64,000 bases of DNA from Okamejei kenojei. Taxonomy: Eukaryota. Position numbers and translations under genes: made by a program. The notes under the pieces are model-generated. The model searched no databases. It had not been told where the DNA came from and saw only the letters and a program-made list of their open reading frames with translations. This document shows positions 37,140-49,445 of the stretch, in pieces; within the stretch, counting starts at the first letter, position 1; every line of letters begins with the position of its first letter. The stretch spans positions 16,492,001-16,556,000 of the forward strand of contig CM069131.1 of assembly GCA_035221665.1 (NCBI GenBank), read 5' to 3'.

Positions 37140-38251
37140 CCGTTGGTAAGGATAAAACCTCTTCCCCTGCTTTCAAACTGGCTTAATGAGGCCCATAGCT
37201 TTTGCATCCTCATGGCATTCTTTTACTCGTTTAGCGAGATCAAATAACAGATTGGGTGGCGGTACGCTTGCACAAAGCGGCCTTATAGCTGCTCTTCTAA
37301 TGTTATTAATTTCGAAAAACGCACTGCAAAGCAGTCCCAGTGCATCCTGATGGGCTTCAGACATATGCCCTGTATCCACTATCTTCACAAAAGCCGTAAG
37401 CCCTGCCGAAAGTAAATTGAGCACCTTCTGAAACTTCATTTCCTGAGCCCTGGCTGACACCCCCAACTGTGTCCAAATCTGATGGTTAACCATCGGCACC
37501 TTGAGTAAGCCACAATTTATAGGAGCTTCATATTTCTTGACCGCCTCATCCATGGCCAACTCCTGTAGTTGGTGGGAGAGCATGTACTGTATTGCTGTAG
37601 TCAACTCTTCCCCAATCGGCTCTCATGCCTCTCTAGGCACAGCAACTTTTCTGCAATGTTAGGGATGATTTCTAATTGTGCACACTTATTGCTCTCTCCC
37701 ACCACTGATTCGGTGTCAGCAAACTTCACAGTTTGAATCTCCTCCTCATAGGCAGGATATTCCGGCAGCCCTGTTAAAGGTGCTGCGAGCACAGGCTCTC
37801 CCATAGCCTGGCTTGGGCACCACTCCTCCTCACGGAGTTGGTCCATGTCGAGCATTCTCTGCAATAGAATCTCGACTTGGGAGAGCCGTGAGCAAACAGT
37901 CTCTCCGGTAGAGGGTACAACCTCCAGGCCCGACTATGGGTCAACGGGCCTGACTGACGTCCCAGTGACCTTACGCCCTACTGGCAAGGCTACACTGCTC
38001 ACAGACAGTGGGTCCGCTATCGCTAGCTCTATAGCCGGCATCGGACTAGGTGTGCAAGATGGGCCTCCACTCACAATACTCTCTTGGTCATCGACCTTTC
38101 TCCCTCTGGAGCACCTCGCCGCCACCTTTTTCACCTTCTGCAACATCACTAACGGGACCACTCCAACCGCTGTTACAGAAAATACTTCCAGTTTTAAATT
38201 TATCGCTTGGAGGAGCGCTGCTGCTCCAACCGGCTGACTGCACCAAAGCAT
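37140..38251 (-). pseudogene. DIRS gag-like ORF1, fragmented
   Basis: Lies upstream of the RT ORF in pieces at 37173-37604, 37601-37864 and 37934-38251. Contains a P.NC..L.VP.VN..IW motif seen in DIRS ORF1. Confidence 0.7.
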
Positions 38252-38816
38252 CTGACGTAATGACGCACCAACGGCTGTATGGGATTCTTCACGTAGTCAC
38301 TCACGTGACTCCGAATTAAAATTGGACCCTAATTTGGCTCAGCTAGTGTTAAGATACAAACGGTCATGATTAAAAGATATTTGTGGAATGAAAGCTTATC
38401 AAGAGATTACACAAGGTTCAGTGAGTGGTCTTCTTCTTTTTGTACTGTATATTAATTATTCAGACTTAATAGTAGTTGCATGATAAAAATAATAATAGAT
38501 GTTACTATAATTAACATGTCCATGCTGGCTACAATGTGTCTTTCCATGCTAATCCTATTTTCCAACACTTGGCTTTAAACCTCCTGTGCTCTGGCAATTC
38601 AATTGCTTTTCAAGATATATCTTAAATATGAGAGTGTCTTCCTCTACCACAGTGCACTCTCTAGAAGCCTCTACATTCCAACCTCTCACTGGGTGAAAGA
38701 AAACTATTCCTCAGATCCCTGCAAAATCTACACGTTTTGTAAACCCATGCCCCTGATTTTGCATGACTACTATGGGGAACTATTTCTTCCTATCCACTTT
38801 TTGCTATCTCTCGTAA

Positions 38817-38817
<1 letters not shown>

Positions 38818-38903
<86 letters not shown>
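38818..38903. repeat. Poly-C run (86 nt)
   Basis: Read directly; the length is probably unreliable. Confidence 0.9.
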
Positions 38904-38934
38904 ATCCCCATAATTTCCAGACTCATACCAGTAC

Positions 38935-39470
38935 CAGACAAGGAGAGGAGTGAAATGTGAAGCCACAGGGAGGGACATAGGTGGAAAGGTTCAGGGTGGG
39001 GGAGTAGGGGTGTGATGGAATTATTACTTCAAATTGGATAATTCAATATTCCTACCGTTGGGTTGTAAGCTAGCCAGCAAAATATGAGATGCTGTTCGTC
39101 CAGTTTGTATGTAGTCTCAAGATGGCAATGGAGGAGGCCCAGCTCAGAAACAATGTTATGTGAATGGCAGACTAAGCACAAATGTATTCGGTGAAATGGT
39201 TGCCCAGTCTATGTTTGATCTCGTCTACATATATATCAGCCCACATCAGGAGCGCTGAATACAATAGAGGAGGCTGGAAGACGTGCTGGTGAACCTCTAT
39301 CTCATCTGGGACGGTTGCTGTGATCCCTGGATGGAGGTAAGGGAGGAGGTGTAGGGACAGGTGTTATATCTCCTGCGGTTGTAGTGGAAAGTACCGGAAG
39401 CACCGGGGATTGGGCAGGTTGAGTGGGAAGCGAGGAGTGAACCAAGGAGGTGGTCTCGGTGGGAACAGGA
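38935..39470 (-). mobile_element. Old Penelope-like fragment (GIY-YIG region and 3' UTR)
   Basis: Similar to 44123-44560 (ttgtaagctagccagcaaaatatgagatgctgttc). Confidence 0.7.
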
Positions 39471-39921
39471 TGCTAAATTAGAAGAACTTTAATGTAATAA
39501 TCACGCAACAAATGCTTTCTCACTGTACCTCTGCACACGTGACAATGAACTAGATTAGAACTAGAAGTTCCTGAAGAGTAGCAACCAGTTCCTGGATGGC
39601 AACTTGGATCTCTGTAAAGCTGTGATGAAACAAGGGTAGGCTCCGTCCTGACACAGTCGACTATGTGACTGGCTGATTGCCAGTCCTTGCACAGGAGGGC
39701 GTTTCATCTCCAGAGCGAGCGTGGTGTTCTCCTTGCTCTGCACAACTCTCTGTCGGACCCCTCCCACCCTTATCTCCAGCATTCGGTCAGGCGGACCTGA
39801 CCGCATTCCATATTTTCTCATAATATTCTCCCCATTGAGTCTATGCCCTTCTCAGAACAAATTCCCCTGCTTATTTCACTGCAACCCATTCTCCCCTACA
39901 GCTCAAAGGGCTGCAGACAAA

Positions 39922-40228
39922 GGGCGGCACAGTGGTACAATGGTAGAGGCACTGCCTTACAGCGTCAGAGACCAGGGTTCAATCCTGACTATGGATTCTG
40001 TCTGTATGGATGTTTACACCTTCTCCCTGTGACCACGTGGGTTTTATCCATGTGCTCCGGTTTCCTTTCACAGCCCAAAGACATACAGGTTTGTAGAATA
40101 GTTGGCTTTGATAAAATTGTAACGTCCCCTAGTGTGTAGGTTAGTTTTAGTGTATGGAATGATCGCTGGTCAGCATGGACTCAGTGGGCTGAAGGGCCTG
40201 TTTCCACTCTATATCTCTAAAATCTAAA
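39922..40228 (+). mobile_element. V-SINE/HE1-like SINE
   Basis: Head gggcggcacagtggtacaatgg, conserved core and tail. Confidence 0.85.
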
Positions 40229-43200
40229 GGACTTTGATTATTATACCACTTTGACCCTGATTATTAAACCAACCACCTATGTGAGGGGTAATTAACAGTA
40301 ACCAATTAATCTACCAGCTGTATCTCACGTTTGGGTGTGGAGGAAAACCAGAGCACTGAGCACTGAAGGGAAACCCACGTGGTCACTAGGGCATCGTGTA
40401 ATGTCTGAACAGACAGTATGAAGGTTAGGACTAAACCAGGGTCACGGCATCTGTGTGTCACCTGCACCAAATGCTGCACCACTATGCCACTTATCTAGAG
40501 CATGCCAGCTATAATTGGGTGAATCTTCTTCTTGCGAATGAAACATAAACCAAAGGAATAGTTAGATCTCAAGCCGGGTGTTGGGCAGCCTGGTTGTTGT
40601 CTCTGTGTCAATGTCTGCCAGGCCCTGAGCTCCATTGGTGGGTGTTAGAGCGGGCACCCAGAGATGACATGGTGGCTGTCTGTTGTTCTGAATCATACTG
40701 GCCCTCTAATAAAAAACCTCTTCTGAGCACAACATGATAAAGCATGGAAGCAGACCCTTTGGCCCACTGAGTTTGTGCCAGGATCGAGCACATGCTTACG
40801 CTTAATCTTATTTTCTCCTCCCAACACTCCATCCACCGCCCATCCCACCAACCCTCTGCCTCAAGTCATTACCACATATCTAGCACTAGCAGTTTACAGC
40901 GGTCCATTAACCTACCTGTCCTCTAGCAAGGAGGAAGAAAATTGGAGCACCTGGAAAAAAGGGACATGCTCACAAGGAAAATGTTCTTTTAGGAAGGAGA
41001 TGAGGAGAAATGTCTTTAGTCAGAGGATGATGAATCTGTGGACTTCTTTGCCACAGAAGGCTGTGGAGGTCAAGTCAGTGGATATTTTTAAGGCAGAGAT
41101 AGATAGATTATTGAGTAGTTACGGGTGTCAGAGGTTATGGGGAGAAGGCAGGAGAATGGGGTTAGGAGGGAGAAATAGATCAGCCACGATTGAATGGCGG
41201 AGTAGACTTGATGGGCCGAATGGCCGAATTGCCTCTCCCCATGGATGCGTCCTTCGAATGTGCTGTGATCGTTCCTATACTACCATGATCTGAAGTAATG
41301 TGTTGTCTGGTAGGGTAAAATAGCGCATTCTCCGCAACCTGCTCTCCATCATTCTCCGCAACCTGTTCTCCTTCCCGCTGCTTTTTTCCCCCCTCCTGAT
41401 CTTCCTTTGTGCTGATGCCGACAACCTCTCCTACAAAGAGAGGTGCAAAGAGCAAAACAATATGAGCTGCACATGTAAGGAGGGTCCAAGGCTTAAATGA
41501 AGGAATGGACCAATGTATAATCCACAAAATGTTTTTCTGAACAGGTCAGTCATATACAGTTGCGATCGATGAGGACGTTAGCCATGCATGTCTTGTGCAT
41601 CTCTGGCAGCCTCATCATTTTGATTGGGACTCAGTGCCCAGAAGGAGGAGGATAGTTTCCTCAAGATAATGAACACAAATGGGGTTTCATCCATTCTGGT
41701 GGCCTCCATGTGATCTTTATTGGCCATGGTTTAGAATAAGGAGACGAAACAATGTAAATGTCAATGCCAGGTAGTGGCTCTCTGAAAAAGAGAAAGTGAG
41801 ACAGACCACGGGAGACTTTAGTATAGGGTTTTGTGTGTGAGAGTGTGTTTGCGTGTGTGAGTGTGGTACGTCTTAGTACAAATGAATAATATATAGTGGT
41901 GCTGTCAACCCATCTTATGGTATCTTGTGAAGCCTTGATATTTAATCATTCCATCGCTCAGGATGTGCCCTACTGTGGGCCAGATGTACATCACCTCTTG
42001 CAAACTGTGGCAGCCTTAGTTGGTGTCCTGGTTACCCTGGCATAGGGCTGAAGCCCTGATCTGACTCCTACATTGCAAACTGCTGGGAGACGAATGAACT
42101 TCACAGTGCAGCAATTGGATCCATGACAGTTAAATAGCAATAAGCATTTGGCATCAGATGTACAATGTCAGGAGCCGACATATGGTCTTTTCAGCAGGAC
42201 CCAAGATGGCATGGGTCTATCATGCCAAAAACTAACCAAACCAATTTCCAAGAGGAACTACTCATAAAAATTGAGTTAAAGTCTGCCTCCTGCAATGTAC
42301 AAAGTGACATTAATAAAACAGGAGGAACAGGAAGGAATAATATATTACTAGGAGTTGATTTCGTGGGATTAGTGTCATCTGGTTGCAGAAAAATCAGGAT
42401 TGGGAATAAAATATTGGAAGATGTAATGCATTCTGAAAGAGTAAAAGGAAAGTTGCTGGCTGATCTTACTAGAAGGAGCAGAAAAGTAGCAAGAAAAATA
42501 AACACGGCTATAAGTGAGGCAAGAAATTATAAATGTCAATTAAAAATGTACCACATAATAAAAAGAGGTTGTTCACAAACCATCTAATTGTGGAAAGGAG
42601 GTCGAGAGAAAAAACTTTTTTTTTAAATGAAATTGCGACGATAACATTTTAATGATTTCATCTACTTTGAGATTAATTTGTGAGTGGAGGGAAGTAAAGG
42701 CAGTGGAGTGGAGATTCTATGAGACTACTTTCTATCTAGTACAGGTCCACCATCGATTTTCCAGTACCTTGCCGTATTATCCGTTTTGTCGGACCAACAG
42801 AGGTCACTGCCTCAAGGGGTGATACCGGCCCGCAAAGCCAGCATCAGAAGTCTGCTTAGGGAACAGATCTGCCTGGACAGGAGTTCCAGAGTCCAGAAGT
42901 TCCGATGCGGACAAGATCAGCCAACTCACCCGGCCTAGGCGCCCAATTTTCAGGGGGACTTCCCCGGGGGGGGGGGGGAGGTTTAAATGTTGTCTGCATT
43001 AAAGGAGGAACCAGACCACCAGTTGCTGGAACATCAGTGCGGACCTATATATAAACAAATATATGAGAATATTCAATGTGGATCTAGTCATGGGAAACCT
43101 GATAGAGCAGACAAGAGAAGGAAAGAGATGAGAGCACCTCATCAACCATGACCGTAACATATAAAACATTAGGAGAGTTATTGAAAATGACAGAAGTGTA

Positions 43201-43516
43201 ATGAAGTATGTGACTGGAGAAGAAGTGATTTTGGAGTTTGAGAATAAAATTTGTAAAAAAAGTAAAACAGATACAACACGAGTAGCAAACAGTGAGGTGG
43301 AAAGCAATGGGAAAGATCTAAAATAGCACTCATCAGGGACCTGTAAAATGTATTCTAATTAAATTGAAAGCACTGTAGTGTCACTAAAGATGAATAAAGG
43401 GACAAAATTGAAAATTCAACAAAGACCATCTGCTAGGCAGATGGATGTTGGGGAAGAAAATGGAAAGGTAGTAGGAGGGAAGTGGCTTATGTTTGCAGAA
43501 CAGTAGTCCAGTACAT

Positions 43517-43945
43517 AGACACAAAATACTGGAGTAACTCAGCGGGGACAGGCAGCATATCTGGAGAGAAGGAGTGGGTGACGTTTTGGGTCGAGACCCT
43601 TCTTCAGACTGTATCAGGGGACGGGGAGACTAGTGATATAGAAGGGTAAGGAGTGAAAACACCAGATCAAAGCAGATGATAAGGAAATGTTCATTGTTAA
43701 CTGAGGGGAAAGTGACAAAGAGGTATGCAATCAGAAAAATGAATCAGGAGGACACTGAAACTAGTCGGAGAACTAGGGAGGGGGAGCAACGGAGAGAGAA
43801 GGAAAACAAGGGTAACTTGAAGTTAGGGAAATCAATGTTCATATTGCTGGCTGTAAACTACCCAAGTGAAATATGAGGTGCTATTCCTCCAATTTGTGTT
43901 GGGCCTCATTCATACAGTGGAGGAGCCCCAGGACAGAAAGGTCAG
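43517..43945 (-). mobile_element. Penelope-like 3' end/pseudo-LTR copy in tandem with the next element
   Basis: Same sequence order as 44035-44370; the hammerhead GAAA has decayed to AAAA. Confidence 0.8.
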
Positions 43946-44034
43946 TACAGCTTGCTTAGGCTGTCCTCAAGGTACAGCATGTGTGACCAGAACTTTTTGA
44001 CTGGTAGGCATATTTATCTGAGACGGCTTCAACT

Positions 44035-45220
44035 GAAGACACAAAATACCGGAGTAACTCAGCGGGTCAGGCAGCATCTCTGGAGAGAAGGAATGGGTGA
44101 CGTTTCGGGTCGAGACCCTTCTTCAGACTGGTGTCAGGGGAGGGGGAGGGACAAAGATAGAACGTAGTCGGAGATAGTAAGACTGCTGGGAGAACTGGGA
44201 AGGGGGAGGGGATAGAGAGAGAGAAAGCAAGGGATATCTGAAGTTAGAGAAGTCAATGTTCATACCGCTGGGGTGTAAATTACCCAGGCTAAATATGAGG
44301 TGCTGTTCCTCCAATTTGCGCTGAGCCTCACTCAGACGATGGAGGAGGCCCAGGACAGAAAGGTCAGATTGGGAATAGGAGGGGAAATTGAAGTGCTGAG
44401 CCACCGGGAAATCAGGTAGGTTAAGACGGACTGAGCGGAGGTGTTCAGCGAAATGATCGCTGAGCCTGCGCTTGGTCTCACCGTTGTAAAGAAGTTGACA
44501 CCTGGAACAGCGGATACAGTAGATGAGGTTGGAGGAGGTGCAAGTGGAAATTACCTGGGGGGGGGGGGGGGTGGGAAGGGACGAGTTGACCAGGGAGTTT
44601 CGGTGGGAACAGTCTCTGCGGAAAGCAGAAAGGGGTGGAGATGGGAAGATGTGGCCAGTAATGGGAACCCGTTGGAGCTGGCAAAAATGTTGGAGGATTT
44701 TATGCTCTATGCGACGGCTCATGTGGTGGAAGATGAGGACAAGGGGGACTGTCCTTGTTGTGAATGGGGGGAGGAGCAAGAGCGGAGCTGCAGGATATCG
44801 AGCAGACCCTAGTGAGAGCCTCATCTATAATGGAAGAGGGGAACCCCCGTTTCCTAAAGAATGAGGACATCTCCAATGCCCTGGTATGGACCTCATCCTG
44901 GGCACAGATGCGGCGTAGACAGAGGAATTGGAAGTAGGGGATAGGGGAACAGGAAGCAGGGTGGGAAGAGGTGTAGTCAAGATAGCAATGGGAGTCAGTA
45001 GGTTTTTAGTAGATGTCGGTCAATAGTCTGGAGACGGTGAGATCTAGAAATGATAGGGAGATGTCGGAGATGGTTCATGTGAATTTGAATGCAGGATGGA
45101 AATTAGTGGTGAAGTTGATGAAGTCAGTGAGTTCTGCATGGGTGCAGGAGGTAGCACCAACACAGTCGTCAATGTAGCGGAGGTAGAGTTCGGGGATAGG
45201 GCCAGTGTACGCCTGGAACA
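44035..45220 (-). mobile_element. Penelope-like retroelement, 5'-truncated (end of RT, GIY-YIG endonuclease, pseudo-LTR)
   Basis: LRYIDDCVG on the minus strand near 45165-45182. GIY-YIG-like CTSSNLIYCIRCSRCQLLYNGETKRRLSDHFAEH in ORF 44123-44824. Confidence 0.9.
44095..44129 (-). ncRNA. Minimal hammerhead ribozyme motif (intact core) in a Penelope pseudo-LTR
   Basis: agtCTGAAGAaGGGTCtcGACCCGAAAcGTCaccc. Confidence 0.7.
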
Positions 45221-45367
45221 ATAACTTCTGGGTGTGTCAATGCTCTCTTGCCATTGCATCTCATCACTTGCATCAGATCAGTCAGCTAGATTGTCATTCC
45301 CCACCTGTCCTGAAAACACTGACTCAACATATCTCTTGACAATGTCTTATAACCAGAGTATATCCGG

Positions 45368-45722
45368 AGGCTTGGATCGCGTGGATATGGAGAGGATGTT
45401 TCCACTAGTGGGAGAGTCTAGGACTAGAAGTCATAGGCTCAGAATTAAAGGATGTTCTTTTAGGAAGGACATGAGGAAAAATGTATTTAGTCAGAGGGTG
45501 GTGAATCTGTGGAATTCTTTGCCACAGAAGGCTGTGGAGGCCAAGTCAGTGGATAAAGGCAGAGATAGATACATTCTTGATTAGTACGGGTGTCAGAGGT
45601 TATGGGGAGAAGGCAGGAGAATGGGATTAGGAGGGAGAGAGATAGATCGGTCATGATTGAATGGCGGAGTAGATTTGGTGGGCCGAAATGCCTAATTTCA
45701 TTCCTATCTCTTCTGATCTTAT
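45368..45722 (+). mobile_element. CR1 LINE 3' fragment
   Basis: Contains GLDRVDMERMFPLVGESRTR...SQRVVNLWNSLPQKAVEA. Confidence 0.88.
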
Positions 45723-46555
45723 GAGTAGCGTAAACCAAAATAGCCCAACAATCAGTTACTTTATTGCTAAAAACAGAGCAAATTGTACAATTGTAAATTC
45801 CAGACACAAGGAACAGCAGATTCTGAAACCTTGACCACAACACAAAGGGCTGGAGGAACTCAGCTGACAGAGAGCATCTGTGGAGGGAATGAACAGACAA
45901 CATTTCAGGTCAGGAGACTTCTGACTCCTTGTAAAATCTAAAGAAGGGTCCTGACCCGAAATATCATCTGTCAAAAACAATCATATGGATGGTTTATGGT
46001 TCCATTAAATTGATGTAAATTTTCAAGTAAGTTTAAATGACCTTTGAAGAAGGCCAATAATTGCTATGAAGAAAGTTGACTGGAAGTTAAATTATCTAAG
46101 TTATGGTTATCAGTAGTGCATCTTTTTATATTATGTTGCCAGTGATCCAATGACCAGATTTACATTCTGATACAAGATCAGAATCTGCGGATCCTCATTT
46201 CTATAATTTGCTGAGTTTGCAATTTCCTTTCGACTTCTAACTATGCAATATTGCACCTTCTAAGCTTTTGGCATGAAAATTGAATGTTTTATACATTAAG
46301 TGGTTCAAGAGTGTTTGCAAGGGCATTCTGATTAGTTTCTTGATATGAAGTTTGCAGGAAATAAATGCCATTGTTTATTACAATTACTTTAAACATACTT
46401 TGCTCAATATTTGTATAGTCTCCAAAAAGAAATTGTTCTAAATAAAACTCATAATTTGCAAGAAATTTAACGTATTTATTAGATTTTTCAAGAAAATATC
46501 CTAAAACGTGCTCAAATTTGTAAAAAGGAGCTAAAAGGTAGTTACGTCTCCTTAA

Positions 46556-46687
46556 AGGGCCTGTCCCACACAACTCCGCGCTTCTAAGTGGGACTGGCCC
46601 CGCGCGGTCATACGGTGCCCGTACACCTCAAGCGACCACGAGGTTGTGTAATTTGCGAGCCAAGGTCACGTAAATGGGACAGGCCCT
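46556..46687. mobile_element. MITE with AGGGCCTGTCCCA termini (132 bp)
   Basis: Same TIR as 14802-15046, flanked by TTAA on both sides. Confidence 0.85.
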
Positions 46688-46788
46688 TTAAACACAACTG
46701 AAAGCTTCAATTGCTCCATAGTTTCCAAACAGCCAGGCTGTGACAGACACGGCCTGGCTGTGAATGGTTACTGTATTTTCCTACCCTG

Positions 46789-46821
46789 TGGCGCCACATG
46801 TTGGTATGCAAGTGTACTGCA
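46789..46821 (-). promoter_or_regulatory. Candidate CTCF site with upstream module
   Basis: The minus strand reads TGCAGTAC-9 nt-CCAACATGTGGCGCCA. The core has two mismatches to CCASYAGRKGGCRS, and the TGCAG module is at a typical spacing. Confidence 0.4.
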
Positions 46822-47020
46822 CCACTATTATTATTTTCCTTCTGTGCAAATTACGACGGCACTTTAAACGAAGGCATCATAATGTGAATTGTATAAAATG
46901 TTATGCCTCAAGAATTATGATTTGGGATGATTTTCTTTTGTAAAGCGATATCCGTAGTTCCTTGTGCCTTGATGGTAATGGTGATCGCGGTTACATTGTT
47001 GCCATTCTGTGTTTTGCTAG

Positions 47021-47317
47021 GTCGCTGAAACAAGGTGCAAAAAGGTTTGCACTTCGAAATCTGACCTGAGATCCAATGACTTCAGCATTGTTGGAAGCTT
47101 GCCCCGTGACTTTGAATTGTCCAACTATGACTGCTATGGAAAACCTATTCAGGTTAACAACGGCCTTGGGAAGCTTCAGTTAAAAAATAATAAGAAGCCT
47201 CCACCTCCAAAACCTGTCATCCCAACTGAAGCGAAGCGGATCGACCTCTATGCAAGAGCTTTGTTTCCATTCTGTTTCCTTTTTTTTAATGTTATATACT
47301 GGTCTGCATATCTATGA
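47021..47317 (+). CDS. glrb: Glycine receptor beta subunit, terminal coding exon (gephyrin-binding motif, proline-rich motif, M4); equivalent to mammalian exon 10
   Basis: TAG acceptor at 47018-47020, phase 0. Encodes [42 protein letters not shown]...[11 protein letters not shown]...[25 protein letters not shown]. The gephyrin motif [13 protein letters not shown] is at 47081-47119. Confidence 0.98.
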   Translation, partial: VAETRCKKVCTSKSDLRSNDFSIVGSLPRDFELSNYDCYGKPIQVNNGLGKLQLKNNKKPPPPKPVIPTEAKRIDLYARALFPFCFLFFNVIYWSAYL

Positions 47318-48050
47318 ACATTCCATTATAATTTTCATCGCATGAGAAATATCAGATAACAATGACTAATTTCTCAGAAACTCTCAAGTACAATTTTAGT
47401 TTCATTCTAAATGTTGGCGATTAAAAATTGATTTGCAACCAGATGAATTTATGTTAAATTTGAATGAAAGCACGAAATTGCAATGCATATATACTAACCA
47501 AACAATGCTGTATGTTGCTGTACAGCACCCAAGCTGCTTTGAAGTTCATAAAGGAATGAACTACATTGTACTGTTCCTCCTATTCTAAGAATAACATGTT
47601 TATGATATTGTGATAGACTATCTAAGCTGTGTTGCAAATCTAACAATACTTTTATATAGATTATATATTATATATATATATAAAAGCACGCTTAATGTTT
47701 CTAAAATATAACTTTTTGTGTGTAATATTGAAAATGTGACATCCTTTAAGTTGTAAATGGAGTTTGCTTTGTCTCGAAATCATGTTCCCAGAATAAATCC
47801 CTCCAGTTTTGATCAGAAGTGAGTTGTAGTGCATTACCATTTGTAAATGAGAAAAGAAAAGTATAAACTTCATTTGATGTTTAAATCGGCAAGTATATTG
47901 AGATTCTGTATTGCTAAACTAAATATAAAATGTATATCAGTAATGGCTTTTGTTTTAACAATGAATAATATAATAAATTTATATCATATATACAACTACA
48001 GCAATATCTGTGTGAAATCAAATAAAATGTTTGGATGGTATTATTGGATG
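47318..48050 (+). terminator. glrb 3' UTR with candidate polyadenylation signals
   Basis: AT-rich and repeat-free. AATAAA at 47792, 47972 and 48021 (the last followed by GT-rich sequence), with another at 48293. The true 3' end is unknown. Confidence 0.55.
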
Positions 48051-48584
48051 AATTAAATCCTTATGGTAGACACTATAGAGAAGTAAATTAATCCAAACAA
48101 ATTGCATCCGTAATACTTCTATTTCATACATCAACAAAAATATTAGCTACAGTATAATGTACTTGCACCGTACAACAGATAACCACCTTGTATTTATTGT
48201 GCACAGTACAGGCCACACACAGGGTATACAAATGCAAAGTGCTGGAAAATATAATATTGCAATAATCCATCCAAAATATAGATACTTTGTATAATAAATA
48301 TGATTTGTTCCAGCACTTCCACACTTTGGACTAAATTATTCAGATCACGCTTTGAAGGAATTATAGTTTTTGATACCACATTATCAAAAGAACACTATTA
48401 TTGTGTAGTTCCCAGGGTATAATTGAGCATATATATGTGGTTAGACACAAAATGCTGCAGCATTTTGTGTCTACCTTCGATTTAAACCAGCATCTGCAGT
48501 TCTTTCATACACATATATATACGTGGTTGTTACAATGGACACCAAGGCCACCAGGGAAGGCGTGGGATGGCAGAAGTTGACTTG

Positions 48585-49445
48585 TGACTGGAGTATTGTG
48601 TGCAGTTTTGGTCTCCCTGAGGAAGGACATTCTTGCTATTGGGGGAGTACAGGGTAGGTTCACGAGGTTAATTCCCGGGATGGCGGGACTGTCATATGTT
48701 GATAGAATGGAGCGGCTGGGCTTGTATGCTCTAGAATTTAGAAGGATGAGAGGATATCTTATTGAAACATATAAAATTATTAAGGGTTTGGACACGCTAG
48801 AGGCAGGAAACATGTTCCAGATGTTGGGGAAGTCCAGAACCAGGGGCCACAGTTTCAGAATAAGGCGTAATAGCCCTGTGCCACGATACGAGTTAATTCC
48901 AAGAGCTCTCCCGAGTTTAAAAAAAAATCAAACTCGTGGTAAGCATGGTGAATGAACGTAGCGGGTACATCAGAGCTCGGGGAGATCTCTTTGATGCTCG
49001 TTACGCTAACGGCAGGTACTCGGGAAGACTCGCTATCGGCAGGTAAGCACGGGAAGACTCGTGAAGATTTTTCAACATGTTGAAAAATGTCCACGAGAGC
49101 CCCGAGTACCGACGAGTGGCCATTACCGTAAATCTCCGAGTTTGAAACCGGGCAAACCCGGGAGAGCTCTTGGAATGAACTCATACCGTGGGACAGGGCT
49201 TTAAGTCATTTAGGATGGAGATGAGGAAAAACCTTTTCACACAGAGGGTTGTGAATCTGTGGAATTCTCTGCCTCAGAACGCATTGGAGACAATTCTCCG
49301 GATGCTTTCAAGAGAGAATTAGATAGAGCTCTTAAAGATAGTGGAGTCAGGGGATATGGTGAGAAGGCAGGAACGGGGTACATGACTGATGATCAGCCAT
49401 GATCATATTGAATGATGGTCCTCGCACCTATTGTCTAATGTCTAT
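48585..49445 (+). mobile_element. CR1 LINE 3' fragment interrupted by a MITE
   Basis: Contains RFTRLIPGMAGLSY..LEFRRMRG and continues after 49204 into the 3' UTR. Confidence 0.88.
48871..49201. mobile_element. MITE with ~47-bp TIRs and TAA target duplication (PIF/Harbinger-like)
   Basis: TIR (t/a)AGCCCTGT(c/g)CCACG...CCAAGAGCTCTCCCG. TAA occurs on both sides, whereas the uninterrupted CR1 copy near 51353 has a single TAA. Confidence 0.88.

Larger units (their letters stand above)
33598..38321 (-). mobile_element. DIRS1-type tyrosine-recombinase retrotransposon, structurally complete with mutated ORFs
   Basis: Inverted LTRs at 38260-38321 and 33598-33707, ICR at 33818-33930, and ORF order gag, RT/RNaseH/MT, YR on the minus strand. 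Both ends are bounded by a TTTT core (minus strand). Confidence 0.96.

Noticed and set aside
38818-38903. Polyproline/polyglycine ORFs or a G-quadruplex element
   Set aside because: An 86-nt homopolymer at a junction between repeat fragments; its length is likely an artefact and there is no splice or coding context.
42165-43480. ORFs of 100-140 aa as a nested gene
   Set aside because: A-rich, low-complexity translations with no recognisable domain or splice structure; probably decayed LINE sequence.
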